Shown: positions 18,482-27,076 of the stretch, in pieces
Layout: the number at the start of each line of letters is the position of its first letter
Numbering within the stretch: position 1 is the stretch's first letter
NCBI GenBank assembly: GCA_049511275.1
Contig: JBEKYE010000001.1
Span: forward strand, 1-45,180
Direction: 5' to 3'
Source of the DNA: Bryobacteraceae bacterium
GTDB taxonomy: Bacteria > Acidobacteriota > Terriglobia > Bryobacterales > Bryobacteraceae
DNA: 45,180 nt
Made by a program: the position numbers and the translations under genes
The notes under the pieces: model-generated
The model's database searches: none
Told to the model about the DNA's origin: nothing
What the model saw: the letters and a program-made list of their open reading frames with translations, nothing else

Positions 18482-19200
18482 GGGCGGTTTTCCTCCCGGA
18501 AGAACAAGTGCGCCAGTTCCATGTCGCCCGGCTTGGTGATCTTGATGTTGCGGTCGCTGCCCATCACGACGCTCACATCCACGTCGAGGCGCTCCAGCAG
18601 GCTGGCTTCGTCGGTGCCCACAAATCCGTCCTGGCGGGCCGATTCAAAAGCGCGCTTGAGCAGGTCGTAGCGGAAAACCTGGGGTGTCTGCGCCATCACC
18701 AGCTTGTCGCGCGGCAGCGTGGCGCGAATGTGCACGCGGCCCGTGCCGCGGCTCACCTGTTTCACGGTATCGACGGCCGGCAGCCCCACGATGGCGGCGC
18801 CGGTTTCCGCGGCTTCGTCGATCACCTTCCGAATGGTGGCGAGATCGATGAACGGCCGCACCGCGTCGTGCACGGCCACCAGGTCCGTATCCGGCGCGAG
18901 CGAGCGGAGCGCGTTCTCCACGGACTGCTGGCGGCTGTTGCCGCCTTCCACGGCGCGCACCGGATATCCCGGGAATTCGCCGGCCAGCATGCTGCCCACC
19001 CAGTCCAGGTCTTCCGCGCGCACCGCCACCACGATTTCGCCCACGCTTTCGGTGGCCACGAACTTGCGCACCGTATGCAGCAGGATGGGCGACCCTTCGA
19101 GCAGCATGAACTGCTTCCGGCTGGTGCCCGTCTTTTCGGCGGAGCCCTTGCCCATGCGCGTACCCAGGCCCGCCGCGGGCAATATGACGGCCACTTTCAT
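18478..19200 (-). CDS. ispD: 2-C-methyl-D-erythritol 4-phosphate cytidylyltransferase
   Basis: 'VAVILPAAGLGTRMG' and IspD-like length. A 4-nt overlap joins it to ispF. Confidence 0.9.
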   Translation of the reverse strand: MKVAVILPAAGLGTRMGKGSAEKTGTSRKQFMLLEGSPILLHTVRKFVATESVGEIVVAVRAEDLDWVGSMLAGEFPGYPVRAVEGGNSRQQSVENALRSLAPDTDLVAVHDAVRPFIDLATIRKVIDEAAETGAAIVGLPAVDTVKQVSRGTGRVHIRATLPRDKLVMAQTPQVFRYDLLKRAFESARQDGFVGTDEASLLERLDVDVSVVMGSDRNIKITKPGDMELAHLFFREENRP

Positions 19201-19205
19201 GTGTT

Positions 19206-20354
19206 CTACGATTCTATCGTGGTTTTCTCGGGCGGCGCGTTGGTCATGGGCTGCGGATCGCTCTTGCGCACCGGACGATCGTGTTTTTCGAGCGGCAGCG
19301 CCACGTGCATCCGGTCGTCGAATTTGCCGAAGATCATCTTCCCCGCGGTGGTTTGCAGCACGCTGGTGACCGAAATATCGATGGTCTTGGAGATCATCTT
19401 CTTGGCGTTGTCCACCACCACCATGGTGCCGTCATCCAGGTAAGCCACGCCCTGGTTGTACTCCTTGCCCTCCTTGAGGATGAAGACCCGCATGGTTTCG
19501 CCGGGCAGCACGATGGGCTTCAGCGCATTGGCCAGTTCGTTGATATTCAGCACCTCCACGCCGTGCAGTTGGGCCACTTTGTTGAGGTTGAAATCGTTGG
19601 TGACGACTTTGCAGTCGTAGACCTTGGCCAGTTCGATGAGCTTCATGTCCACATCGCGCACGTGCGGGAAGTCTTCTTCCACGATCTGCACGGTGAGGTG
19701 CGCCATTTTCTGGATGCGCTGCAGGATGTCGAGGCCGCGGCGGCCGCGGTTGCGCTTCATGGAATCGGCCGAATCGGCCACCAGTTGCAGCTCGCGCAGC
19801 ACGAATTGCGGTATCACCAGCACACCGTCCAGAAAACCGGTTTCGGAGATGTCGGCGATGCGGCCGTCGATGATGACGCTGGTGTCGAGAATCTTGAACG
19901 AGCGCTTCGACGACTTCTCGCCGCCAAAAATGCCGCCCAGCGCCGCCAGGTTGAGCATGTCGCCCTTATTGGCGCCCACGATCATGCCGACGTAGGTCAT
20001 CCACAGGAGCAGACCGACTTGCAGGGCCGGCGGCGCCGAGGCTTTGGCCAGCACCAGGGACATCAGAAAGGCCCCGAAGATCCCCAGAACGGATCCCGCC
20101 GCGGCGCCAATCAACCGTTTGAGGCTAATCTGCTCCAAACGGATTTCAAAAAAGATAATGCAGCCACCAAGAACCGTGCCACCGGCTGCTGCGATCCAGG
20201 GAGAAACATGCCCCGGATTCAGGAAGTAGGCAGAAGCGGCAAGAACTAAAATAAAAATTGCGCGAACAATAACAAGGTCGAGCACGCGTGCACCCCCCTT
20301 TCGGGTCTTAAATCCGGGAGCCGGAAGCAAACCGGCGCCCGCTCGTAACTGCAC
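19206..20354 (-). CDS. PIN + TRAM domain membrane-associated protein (YacL-like)
   Basis: N-terminal TM helices are followed by 'KILDTSVIIDGRIADISETGFL...PQFVLRELQ' (PIN) and a C-terminal TRAM-like region. GTG at 20285, preceded by AAGGGGGG, is a plausible true start. Confidence 0.8.
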   Translation of the reverse strand: MQLRAGAGLLPAPGFKTRKGGARVLDLVIVRAIFILVLAASAYFLNPGHVSPWIAAAGGTVLGGCIIFFEIRLEQISLKRLIGAAAGSVLGIFGAFLMSLVLAKASAPPALQVGLLLWMTYVGMIVGANKGDMLNLAALGGIFGGEKSSKRSFKILDTSVIIDGRIADISETGFLDGVLVIPQFVLRELQLVADSADSMKRNRGRRGLDILQRIQKMAHLTVQIVEEDFPHVRDVDMKLIELAKVYDCKVVTNDFNLNKVAQLHGVEVLNINELANALKPIVLPGETMRVFILKEGKEYNQGVAYLDDGTMVVVDNAKKMISKTIDISVTSVLQTTAGKMIFGKFDDRMHVALPLEKHDRPVRKSDPQPMTNAPPEKTTIES

Positions 20355-20480
20355 AACTCAGACCGCGTCAAGAGTATAGCACCCCGATACGGTGTTCGCT
20401 GAAGGCAGGACAAGCCTGCTGGCAAAGACCGGCCCGCGCGCGGCCCTTACGCATGACAGGCTATTGATGTGCGGCAGGCT

Positions 20481-20501
20481 GTGGGGCAGCCACTGGCTGC
20501 C
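20481..20501 (+). repeat. Family-B-like hairpin, copy B5 (GTGGGGCAGCCA-c-TGGCTGCC)
   Basis: Read directly. It is followed by a second hairpin GCCGGCT-ttc-AGCCGGC at 20502-20518. Confidence 0.5.
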
Positions 20502-20552
20502 GCCGGCTTTCAGCCGGCCCTCTTCGGTGATCGAAAACTCGCGCCGGCCCCG

Positions 20553-20573
20553 AAAAAACCGCCTGAGGCGGTT
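20553..20573 (-). terminator. Intrinsic terminator of the 2-oxoacid:ferredoxin oxidoreductase operon
   Basis: On the minus strand it reads AACCGCC-tca-GGCGGTT followed by TTTTTT. It lies about 60 nt after the stop at 20636. Confidence 0.65.
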
Positions 20574-20600
20574 GCAAGGCAAGACTGCCTGCCCCACCAA
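20571..20600 (-). repeat. Family-B hairpin repeat, copy B2
   Basis: The minus strand reads TTGGTGGGGCAGGCAGTCTTGCCTTGCAAC. It is in inverted orientation relative to B5, about 90 bp away. Confidence 0.55.
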
Positions 20601-20635
20601 ACAGGCATCCTAAGTGGGACCGGCCTACTTGCGCT

Positions 20636-22114
20636 TCAGACGCCCCACAGATAATCTTCGCCCACTGGCGGCGGCTCTTTGCGGACCTCTTCGGCGCCCA
20701 GTTCCAGCGCCTTCAGATCCAGGTCGAGGTACTTCTTGCTCTTCACCATGTGGTGGAGCGCGCCGGTCACCTGCTCGGGCTCTAGCATTCCCGTGGCTTC
20801 GAGCAGAGCGCCGAGCATCACGATATTACCGACTTTTTGATCGCCCAGTTTGTCGGCGAGCGAGGAGAAGTGCATGGCGATCATGCGCACGTCTTTGCGG
20901 ACACAATCTTCCGGCAGCGCGGCTCCGTTGTACAGCACGATGCCGCCGGGATCCACCGCGGGCAGAAACTTGCGCAGCGATGGTTCGTTAAGCGCCAGCA
21001 GGACGTTGGGCCGCGAGATCAACGGGGAAGCGATCGGCGAGGCCGACAGCCGGACGCTGCAGTTGGACGTTCCGGAACGCATCTCCGGCCCGTAGGAAGG
21101 CAGCCAGGAAACTTCGTAACCGGATTCCAGACCGGCCTCCGCCAGCACTTCGCCGAGCATCAGGACGCCTTGCCCGCCAAACCCGGCCACCTTGATGCGC
21201 AGATCCAGCGCGCGCCCGGCCGGCGGCTCCTCGGACACCTGTCCGGCTCCGTTCTCGAGGCCGTCGTTCTCAAGGCCGATGATGCGCGGAATGTCCGTCA
21301 CCGGAGGCGCCGGCGGGGGCCCGGCCCAGGGTTGCGCTTCTTTGGTGCGGTCGCGCACGTTGCCCACGGGAAATACCTTGGCCATTTCGTCGCGCACGAA
21401 CCGCTGCGCCTCCACCGGCTGGAATTTCCAGATGGTGGGGCAGGGCGACAGCACTTCCACGAAGGAGAAACCAAGGCCCTTGACCTGGTTCTCCACGGCG
21501 CGGCGCAGCACCTTGGCGGCGCCCATGATCTGCTTGTTGTTGCCCAGCGCAACGCGCTCGATGAACACCGGGGCCTCCAGCGAATTCAGCAATTCGCAGA
21601 CGTGCAGGGGGTAGCCCTCGGTGTGCGCGTTGCGGCCGAATGGGGAGGTGGTGGTCTTCTTGCCCAGCGGCGTGGTGGGGGCCATCTGTCCGCCGGTCAT
21701 GCCGTAGATGCCGTTGTTGACGAAGATCACGGTGATGGGTTCGCCACGGTTGGCCGCGTGGACGATCTCCGCCGTGCCGATGGCCGCCAGGTCGCCGTCG
21801 CCCTGGTAGCTGATCACGATGGAATCCGGACGGCTGCGCTTGACCGCCGTGGCCGCGGCGGGCGCGCGTCCGTGCGCCACCTGGACATTGCCGACGTCGA
21901 AATAGTAATAGGCGAACACCGAGCAGCCCACCGGGCTGATCAGCACGGTGCGGTCCTGAACCCCCAAATCGTCGAGCGCCCGGGCCAGCAGCTTGTGCAC
22001 GATGCCGTGCCCGCAACCCGGGCAGTAGTGCGTCTGGTGCTGCAACTCGGCTTTGCGTTCGAAGCGGTCGTAGAGCGACGGAGACTTCTCGTAGGCCACC
22101 GTAAAGCTAGGCAT
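20636..22114 (-). CDS. 2-oxoacid:ferredoxin oxidoreductase, fused beta (TPP-binding) and gamma subunits
   Basis: 492 aa. The N-terminal half has 'HYCPGCGHG...[13 protein letters not shown]...[11 protein letters not shown]' (beta). The C-terminal half has '[22 protein letters not shown]...SYGPEMRSG' (gamma). Confidence 0.85.
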   Translation of the reverse strand: MPSFTVAYEKSPSLYDRFERKAELQHQTHYCPGCGHGIVHKLLARALDDLGVQDRTVLISPVGCSVFAYYYFDVGNVQVAHGRAPAAATAVKRSRPDSIVISYQGDGDLAAIGTAEIVHAANRGEPITVIFVNNGIYGMTGGQMAPTTPLGKKTTTSPFGRNAHTEGYPLHVCELLNSLEAPVFIERVALGNNKQIMGAAKVLRRAVENQVKGLGFSFVEVLSPCPTIWKFQPVEAQRFVRDEMAKVFPVGNVRDRTKEAQPWAGPPPAPPVTDIPRIIGLENDGLENGAGQVSEEPPAGRALDLRIKVAGFGGQGVLMLGEVLAEAGLESGYEVSWLPSYGPEMRSGTSNCSVRLSASPIASPLISRPNVLLALNEPSLRKFLPAVDPGGIVLYNGAALPEDCVRKDVRMIAMHFSSLADKLGDQKVGNIVMLGALLEATGMLEPEQVTGALHHMVKSKKYLDLDLKALELGAEEVRKEPPPVGEDYLWGV

Positions 22115-23189
22115 GGACCAGTACCTCCTCGGGCTGGAAGCACGATTCGAACCTGTGCTCCACCACCTCCAGCACCTCCTCGGCGGACGGGATGTTGCCG
22201 CCTACCCGGCTGAAGAATTCCACGGGCGAGCGGCCTTCGAGCGCCAGCCGCACGTCGTCCACCATTTGGCCGGTGGAAAGTTCCGCCACCAGGAAGCCCT
22301 TGACGCGCTTGCTGAGTTCCCGAAGCTGCGGCGCGGGGAACGGATACAGCGTGATGGGGCGCAACAGCCCGACCTTCAGGCCCCGTTGGCGGGCCTGCTC
22401 CACGGCCGCCTTCAGGATGCGGCCCATGATGCCGTAGCCCACCAGCACGATGTCGGCGTCTTCGGTGCGCCAGCATTCCGCCCGCACTTCGTTTCGCTCC
22501 GCCGCCTGGTACTTGGCCTCCAGCTTGCGCACGTGGCGCTCCAGGGTGTCGGATTCGAGGAAGATGGAAGTCAGCAGGTTGCGGCGCGTTCCGGCCGTTC
22601 CCAGCACGGCCCATTCCGGCGGCGCGGGAACCGCGATGGGATCGGCGAAGCGCACCGGCTCCATCATCTGGCCGATATTGCCGTCCGCCAGCACCACCAC
22701 TGGGTTGCGGTAACGGTCGGCGAGATCGAAAGCCAGAGTCGTTAAGTCGGCCATTTCCTGCGCCGACGCCGGCGCCAGCACCAGCGTATGGTAATTGCCG
22801 TGGCCGCCGCCCTTGACAACCTGGTGGTAGTCGCTCTGTTCCGGCGCGATATTGCCGAGCCCGGGACCGCCGCGCATGATGTCGGCGATCACACACGGCA
22901 GCTCGGCGCCCGCCAGGTAGCTGATGCCTTCCTGCATGAGGCTGATGCCGGGGCCGCTCGATCCGCTCATCACCCGCACGCCCGCCGATGCGCCGCCGTA
23001 CAGCATGTTCACCGATGCGGTTTCGCTTTCCGCCTGGATGAAAACCCCGCCCACTTGCGGCAGGTAGAGCGCGGCCGCTTCGGCGATTTCGCTGGCGGGC
23101 GTGATGGGGTATCCATAATAGGCCCGGCAGCCTGCCAGCACCGCGGCCTTGACGATGGCTTCATTTCCCTTGGTGAGTTGTGCCTTCAT
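22107..23189 (-). CDS. 2-oxoacid:ferredoxin oxidoreductase alpha subunit
   Basis: I set the start at the internal Met '[35 protein letters not shown]', which has GGGGAGAA upstream. The track ORF 22107..23405 would otherwise run over the delta-subunit gene. Confidence 0.85.
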   Translation of the reverse strand: MKAQLTKGNEAIVKAAVLAGCRAYYGYPITPASEIAEAAALYLPQVGGVFIQAESETASVNMLYGGASAGVRVMSGSSGPGISLMQEGISYLAGAELPCVIADIMRGGPGLGNIAPEQSDYHQVVKGGGHGNYHTLVLAPASAQEMADLTTLAFDLADRYRNPVVVLADGNIGQMMEPVRFADPIAVPAPPEWAVLGTAGTRRNLLTSIFLESDTLERHVRKLEAKYQAAERNEVRAECWRTEDADIVLVGYGIMGRILKAAVEQARQRGLKVGLLRPITLYPFPAPQLRELSKRVKGFLVAELSTGQMVDDVRLALEGRSPVEFFSRVGGNIPSAEEVLEVVEHRFESCFQPEEVLVHA

Positions 23190-23206
23190 GGTTTTCTCCC
23201 CGCGTC

Positions 23207-23458
23207 TCAGGCCGCAACCGGCTCCAGTTCGCGGCGCAGCACGCGAATTCCGCCGGGCTCCGGGCAAACGAAGAAACAGATCCCGCAGCCGGTGCAGCCG
23301 TTGCCCAGGTAGATCGCGGGGTGATAGCCGTAACGATTCAACTCTTCGGCCAGCTTCAGCACTTTGGGCGGGCAGGCCTCCACGCAGAGGCCACAGCCCT
23401 TGCATTCTTCGGAATTCATCTCGACGGTGCCTCGATCAGGCTTGGTGTTTGTCGTCAT
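23207..23458 (-). CDS. 2-oxoacid:ferredoxin oxidoreductase delta subunit (2x[4Fe-4S] ferredoxin)
   Basis: 83 aa with '[12 protein letters not shown]' and '[12 protein letters not shown]'. Confidence 0.75.
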   Translation of the reverse strand: MTTNTKPDRGTVEMNSEECKGCGLCVEACPPKVLKLAEELNRYGYHPAIYLGNGCTGCGICFFVCPEPGGIRVLRRELEPVAA

Positions 23459-23526
23459 CGCCGATTCCTCCCACGGATCCGGGATAGCCCCACTTTGAGC
23501 AGGTGCTTAGTTTGCCACCCGTAATC

Positions 23527-23555
23527 ATTATAGTTCCAGATTAAAGGACCTACAA
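23527..23555 (-). promoter_or_regulatory. Candidate sigma70-type promoter for the oxidoreductase operon (TTGTAG-17 nt-TATAAT on minus strand)
   Basis: -10 at 23527-23532 and -35 at 23550-23555, with the spacer counted by hand. It lies about 70 nt upstream of the delta-subunit ATG in an AT-richer stretch. Confidence 0.35.
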
Positions 23556-23690
23556 TACCATTAATGAGAATACTGGCAGGCTCCACATTGCCGGAAACTG
23601 GAAGTACTGAAAACAAAGCACTTCCGTCATGGAGTCGTAACCGCGCGGTAACCACGCCCCGGGCCGTGTCGGCATCCTCCATGGTTCCCT

Positions 23691-23729
23691 TCAAAAAATA
23701 AAAGCCCGGAGCTCTTCGCCCCGGGCTTT
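23691..23729 (-). terminator. Intrinsic terminator after the 23752-25014 glutamate dehydrogenase gene
   Basis: On the minus strand it reads AAAGCCCGG-(11-nt loop)-CCGGGCTTT followed by TATTTTTTG. Confidence 0.65.
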
Positions 23730-23751
23730 CGTACAAACCAGCCAAAACGTC

Positions 23752-25014
23752 CTACGGATACAGCCCGCGGATCCGGCAAGCTTCCGCCACGCGCCCGACG
23801 CCCAGCATGTTGGCCGCCAGCCGCATGTTGACCTTCTTGTCTTTGTGGATCTTCAGCACGTCGTTGAACGAACGCACCATGATCTTCTCCAGCTTCGCGT
23901 TCACGTCGTTCTCGTCCCAGAACAGGTGGTTCTCGTCCTGCACCCATTCGAAGTACGATACCGTCACGCCGCCCGCGTTGCACAGAATGTCCGGAATCAG
24001 GAACACGCCCTTCGTGTCGAGGATGCGATCGGCTTCCGGAGTGACCGGACCGTTGGCCGCTTCCGAAATGATCTTCGCGCGAACCGCTTCGGCATTCTCG
24101 TCCGTGATCGCGTTCTCGAGCGCCGCCGGAATCAGTACGTCGACCTGCAACGCCAGCAATTCATCCGGCCGGATGCTGTCCGCGCCTGGGAACCCGGCCA
24201 CCGAGCCGGTGACTTCCTTGAACTTCACCACCGCCGGAATATCCAGCCCCCGCGGGCTGTAGATGCAGCCCTTGGTATCGCTGCACGCCAGCACCTTCGC
24301 GCCCGCCTCGTGGAACAGTACGGCCGCGATCGATCCGGCATTGCCGAAGCCCTGCACCGCCACCGTCGCTCCCTTCATCGGGATCTTCAGGTGCTCCATG
24401 GCGCCGCGCGTCGTATAGTAGCAGCCGCGCGCCGTGGCTTCGTTGCGTCCCAGCGACCCGCCCAGGCTGATCGGCTTGCCCGTCACCACGCCCGTCACCG
24501 GATACCCCTTCATCATGCTGTAGGTGTCCATGATCCAGGCCATGATCTGCGGCGTGGTATAGACGTCCGGTGCCGGAATGTCTTTCTCCGGTCCGATGAT
24601 CGGCAGAATCGCGCTGGCATAGCGCCGCGTCATCCGCTCCAGCTCGCCCATCGACATGGTTTTCGGGTTGCAGGTTATGCCGCCCTTGCCGCCGCCGTAG
24701 GGAATGTTCACCACCGCGCACTTCCACGTCATCCACGTCGCCAGCGCTTTCACTTCGTCCAGCGTGACGTTCGGATGGTAACGGATGCCTCCCTTCGCCG
24801 GACCGCGCTGCGTGCTGTGTTGCACGCGGTAGCCCTCAAAGCGGACGATTTTGCCGCCGTCCATGCGGACCGGAACACTCACAATGAGCTCGCGCTCCGG
24901 ATACTTGATCATGGCGCGCACGTTCTCTTCGAGTTCCAGCGCGTTTGCCGCCAGATCGAAATTCTCCAGTGCTACTGCGTATGCGTTCTTCTCTTCTTTT
25001 GCGGTTGCTGGCAT
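23752..25014 (-). CDS. Glutamate dehydrogenase (Glu/Leu/Phe/Val dehydrogenase family, ~420-aa type)
   Basis: 'RGPAKGGIRYHPNVTLDEVKALATWMTWKCAVVNIPYGGGKGG' and the 'VAVQGFGNAGS' dinucleotide fold. I chose the start at Met 'MPATAKEEKNAY' (AGAGGGG upstream). The track start at 25107 is a TTG inside relic sequence. Confidence 0.85.
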   Translation of the reverse strand: MPATAKEEKNAYAVALENFDLAANALELEENVRAMIKYPERELIVSVPVRMDGGKIVRFEGYRVQHSTQRGPAKGGIRYHPNVTLDEVKALATWMTWKCAVVNIPYGGGKGGITCNPKTMSMGELERMTRRYASAILPIIGPEKDIPAPDVYTTPQIMAWIMDTYSMMKGYPVTGVVTGKPISLGGSLGRNEATARGCYYTTRGAMEHLKIPMKGATVAVQGFGNAGSIAAVLFHEAGAKVLACSDTKGCIYSPRGLDIPAVVKFKEVTGSVAGFPGADSIRPDELLALQVDVLIPAALENAITDENAEAVRAKIISEAANGPVTPEADRILDTKGVFLIPDILCNAGGVTVSYFEWVQDENHLFWDENDVNAKLEKIMVRSFNDVLKIHKDKKVNMRLAANMLGVGRVAEACRIRGLYP

Positions 25015-25043
25015 GGCGAACCCCTCTGGTTCTTCCGGTTTTC

Positions 25044-25072
25044 GGGGAGCCCTGGGTATTCCAGGGCCCCCC
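25044..25072 (-). promoter_or_regulatory. 12-bp GC-rich hairpin (one mismatch) between the two gdh genes
   Basis: GGGGAGCCCTGG-gtatt-CCAGGGCCCCCC, with no U-tract. It may be a gdhA terminator-like structure or a leader structure for the downstream gdh. Confidence 0.35.
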
Positions 25073-25093
25073 GCAACTTTCTCCTGCTCTTGC

Positions 25094-25139
25094 CCTAACG
25101 GATACAACCCGCGGGCCTGGTAAGCGTCCGCCGCGCGCC
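25094..25139 (-). pseudogene. Relic of the 3' end of a GDH gene paralogous to 23752-25014
   Basis: 25098-25140 aligns to 23754-23796 at 36/43 positions by hand. It would translate as GRAADAYQARGLYP, against the real C-terminus GRVAEACRIRGLYP. Similarity stops at the stop codon. Confidence 0.5.
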
Positions 25140-26501
25140 CTAGACGAGACCCTGCGCCATCATCGCTTCCGCCACCTTGGAGAAGCCGGCGATGTTTGCG
25201 CCCATCACATAGTCGCCCGCAGCCCCGTACTCCTTGGAGGTTTCATAAGCCGCGTCGTGGATCGCAGTCATGATGTGCTTCAGCTTGTCATCGACTTCTT
25301 CCCGGGTCCAGGAAATACGCATCGAGTTCTGCTCCATCTCGAGGCCCGAGGTGGCCACGCCGCCGGCGTTTGCCGCCTTGCCGGGGCCGTATAGGGTTTT
25401 CGCCGCCTGGAAAACTTCCACGCCTTCGGGTGTCGTCGGCATATTGGCGCCTTCGCCCACCACGTAGCAGCCGTTCTTGACCAGCATCCTGGCGTCCTCG
25501 CCGCTGATTTCGTTCTGCGTCGCGCTCGGGAAGGCGCACTGCGCCGGTATGCTCCAGGGCTTCATGCCCGGGAAGAACTCGGCCTTCGGGAACTTCTTCC
25601 CATACTCTTTGATGCGCCCGCGCCGGTTGTTCTTCAGGTCCATCACCCAGGCCAGCTTCTCCGCGTTGATTCCAGCCTCATCGTAAATCGTGCCTTCGGA
25701 ATCGGAGAGAGTGACGCACTTGGCGCCGAGCTGGTTGAGTTTTTCCACCGTGTACTGCGCCACATTGCCCGCGCCGGAAACCAGGCACGTCTTGTTCTTA
25801 AAATTCTCGCCGCGCGTGTGCAGCATTCGTTCCGAGAAATACACGCAGCCATAACCCGTGGCTTCGGGCCGTATGAGCGATCCGCCCCAGGTAAGACCCT
25901 TGCCTGTCAGCACGCCCGTGAATTCGTTCCGGATGCGCTTGTACTGGCCGAACAGGAACCCGATCTCGCGTCCGCCCACGCCGATATCGCCCGCCGGGAC
26001 GTCCGTGTCCGGGCCGATGTGCCGGACGAGTTCCGTCATGAAACTCTGGCAGAAGCGCATGACCTCGGCGTCCGACTTCCCTTTGGGATCGAAGTCCGAT
26101 CCTCCCTTGCCGCCTCCCATGGGGAGCGTTGTGAGCGAGTTCTTGAGGACCTGCTCGAAACCCAGGAACTTCAGGATGCCGAGGTTAACAGTCGGATGGA
26201 ATCTCAGCCCGCCCTTGTACGGACCGATGGCGCTCGAAAACTCAATGCGGTAGCCGCGGTTGACCTGAACCCGCCCCTTGTCATCCTGCCAGGGGACGCG
26301 GAACATGATGACACGCTCCGGTTCGACCAGACGGTCGAGTATTCGCGATTCGACGTATTCCGGATGCCGGTCCAACGCCGGTGTTATCGACCGAAAGACT
26401 TCGGTAACGGCTTGCAGAAACTCCGGTTCGCCTGCATTCCGCCTCTTGACGGTCTCGAAGACTTGGTCTACGTATGTTGTTGCGTATGCTACTGTGCTCA
26501 C
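25140..26501 (-). CDS. gdhA: NADP-type hexameric glutamate dehydrogenase (E. coli GdhA-like, ~450 aa)
   Basis: 'EPEFLQAVTEVFRSITP', 'YKGGLRFHPTVNLGILKFLGFEQVLKNSLTTLPMGGGKGG' and 'VSGAGNVAQY'. The GTG start has AAGGAG 7 nt upstream. Confidence 0.9.
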   Translation of the reverse strand: MSTVAYATTYVDQVFETVKRRNAGEPEFLQAVTEVFRSITPALDRHPEYVESRILDRLVEPERVIMFRVPWQDDKGRVQVNRGYRIEFSSAIGPYKGGLRFHPTVNLGILKFLGFEQVLKNSLTTLPMGGGKGGSDFDPKGKSDAEVMRFCQSFMTELVRHIGPDTDVPAGDIGVGGREIGFLFGQYKRIRNEFTGVLTGKGLTWGGSLIRPEATGYGCVYFSERMLHTRGENFKNKTCLVSGAGNVAQYTVEKLNQLGAKCVTLSDSEGTIYDEAGINAEKLAWVMDLKNNRRGRIKEYGKKFPKAEFFPGMKPWSIPAQCAFPSATQNEISGEDARMLVKNGCYVVGEGANMPTTPEGVEVFQAAKTLYGPGKAANAGGVATSGLEMEQNSMRISWTREEVDDKLKHIMTAIHDAAYETSKEYGAAGDYVMGANIAGFSKVAEAMMAQGLV

Positions 26502-26611
26502 GTAAAGCTCCTTTTTTATGAATCAAGTACTAAAACTGCCGAAGCGTTGCTCATCGAACCCCGGCCTGACAGGTCCGCCTCGTCGCCCTGTTGCCCACCC
26601 GCAGAAGGCGC

Positions 26612-26672
26612 AAAACGGGGACAGGCTCGAATTTCGCCGCCTCTGCGAAAATCCATGCCTGTCCCCGCTTTT
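26612..26672 (-). promoter_or_regulatory. Terminator-like compound hairpin in the gdhA 5' leader (candidate attenuator)
   Basis: GGGGACAGGC (26617-26626) pairs with GCCTGTCCCC (26657-26666). An inner TTTCGC/GCGAAA stem is present. On the minus strand it is followed by GTTTTG, about 110 nt upstream of the gdhA start. Confidence 0.35.
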
Positions 26673-26883
26673 CGTACGTATGCGTTCTTATCAGCCGTTG
26701 CGGTGGCTAACATGGCCAACCTCTCTGCGAGATTTCAGACTAGGAAATCCTATACACCGGTAATCATATTCCCAATCACGCACCACGTCAACGGGGTGCC
26801 TTTTGCATTGTTGTCTGTGGGGGCCCAATGTGGCGGATTTCCTCACCTCGGTCCGAACCTGTGTCGGAACCTTCGACGCCGGC

Positions 26884-26912
26884 CGTGGGGCAGGTTGTTG
26901 TTAACCTGCGGA
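26884..26912 (+). repeat. Family-B hairpin repeat, copy B3
   Basis: CGTGGGGCAGGTT-gttgtt-AACCTGCGGA. Confidence 0.5.
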
Positions 26913-27076
26913 CCGATTGTCAATCGGCCCAGCCGGGCGCAGCCCGGCCTGGCCGCCACGGTGGCCCCGGCTCCCAATTGAAAGGATTCCCCGCCTCGCG
27001 CCATTACCAGTCAGGTCCCGCGGAAACATCGCGCGGGCTGGTGGTACCGAACCATCAACAGAATTGAGGTGGATAT

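Noticed and set aside
26793-26807. Sigma54-like -24/-12 element (GGGGTGCCTTTTGCA) upstream of the 27077 gene.
   Set aside because: Only the GG, the TTGCA and one other position match the TGGCACG-N4-TTGCA consensus. It lies about 270 bp from the start codon, and no enhancer-binding-protein gene is nearby.
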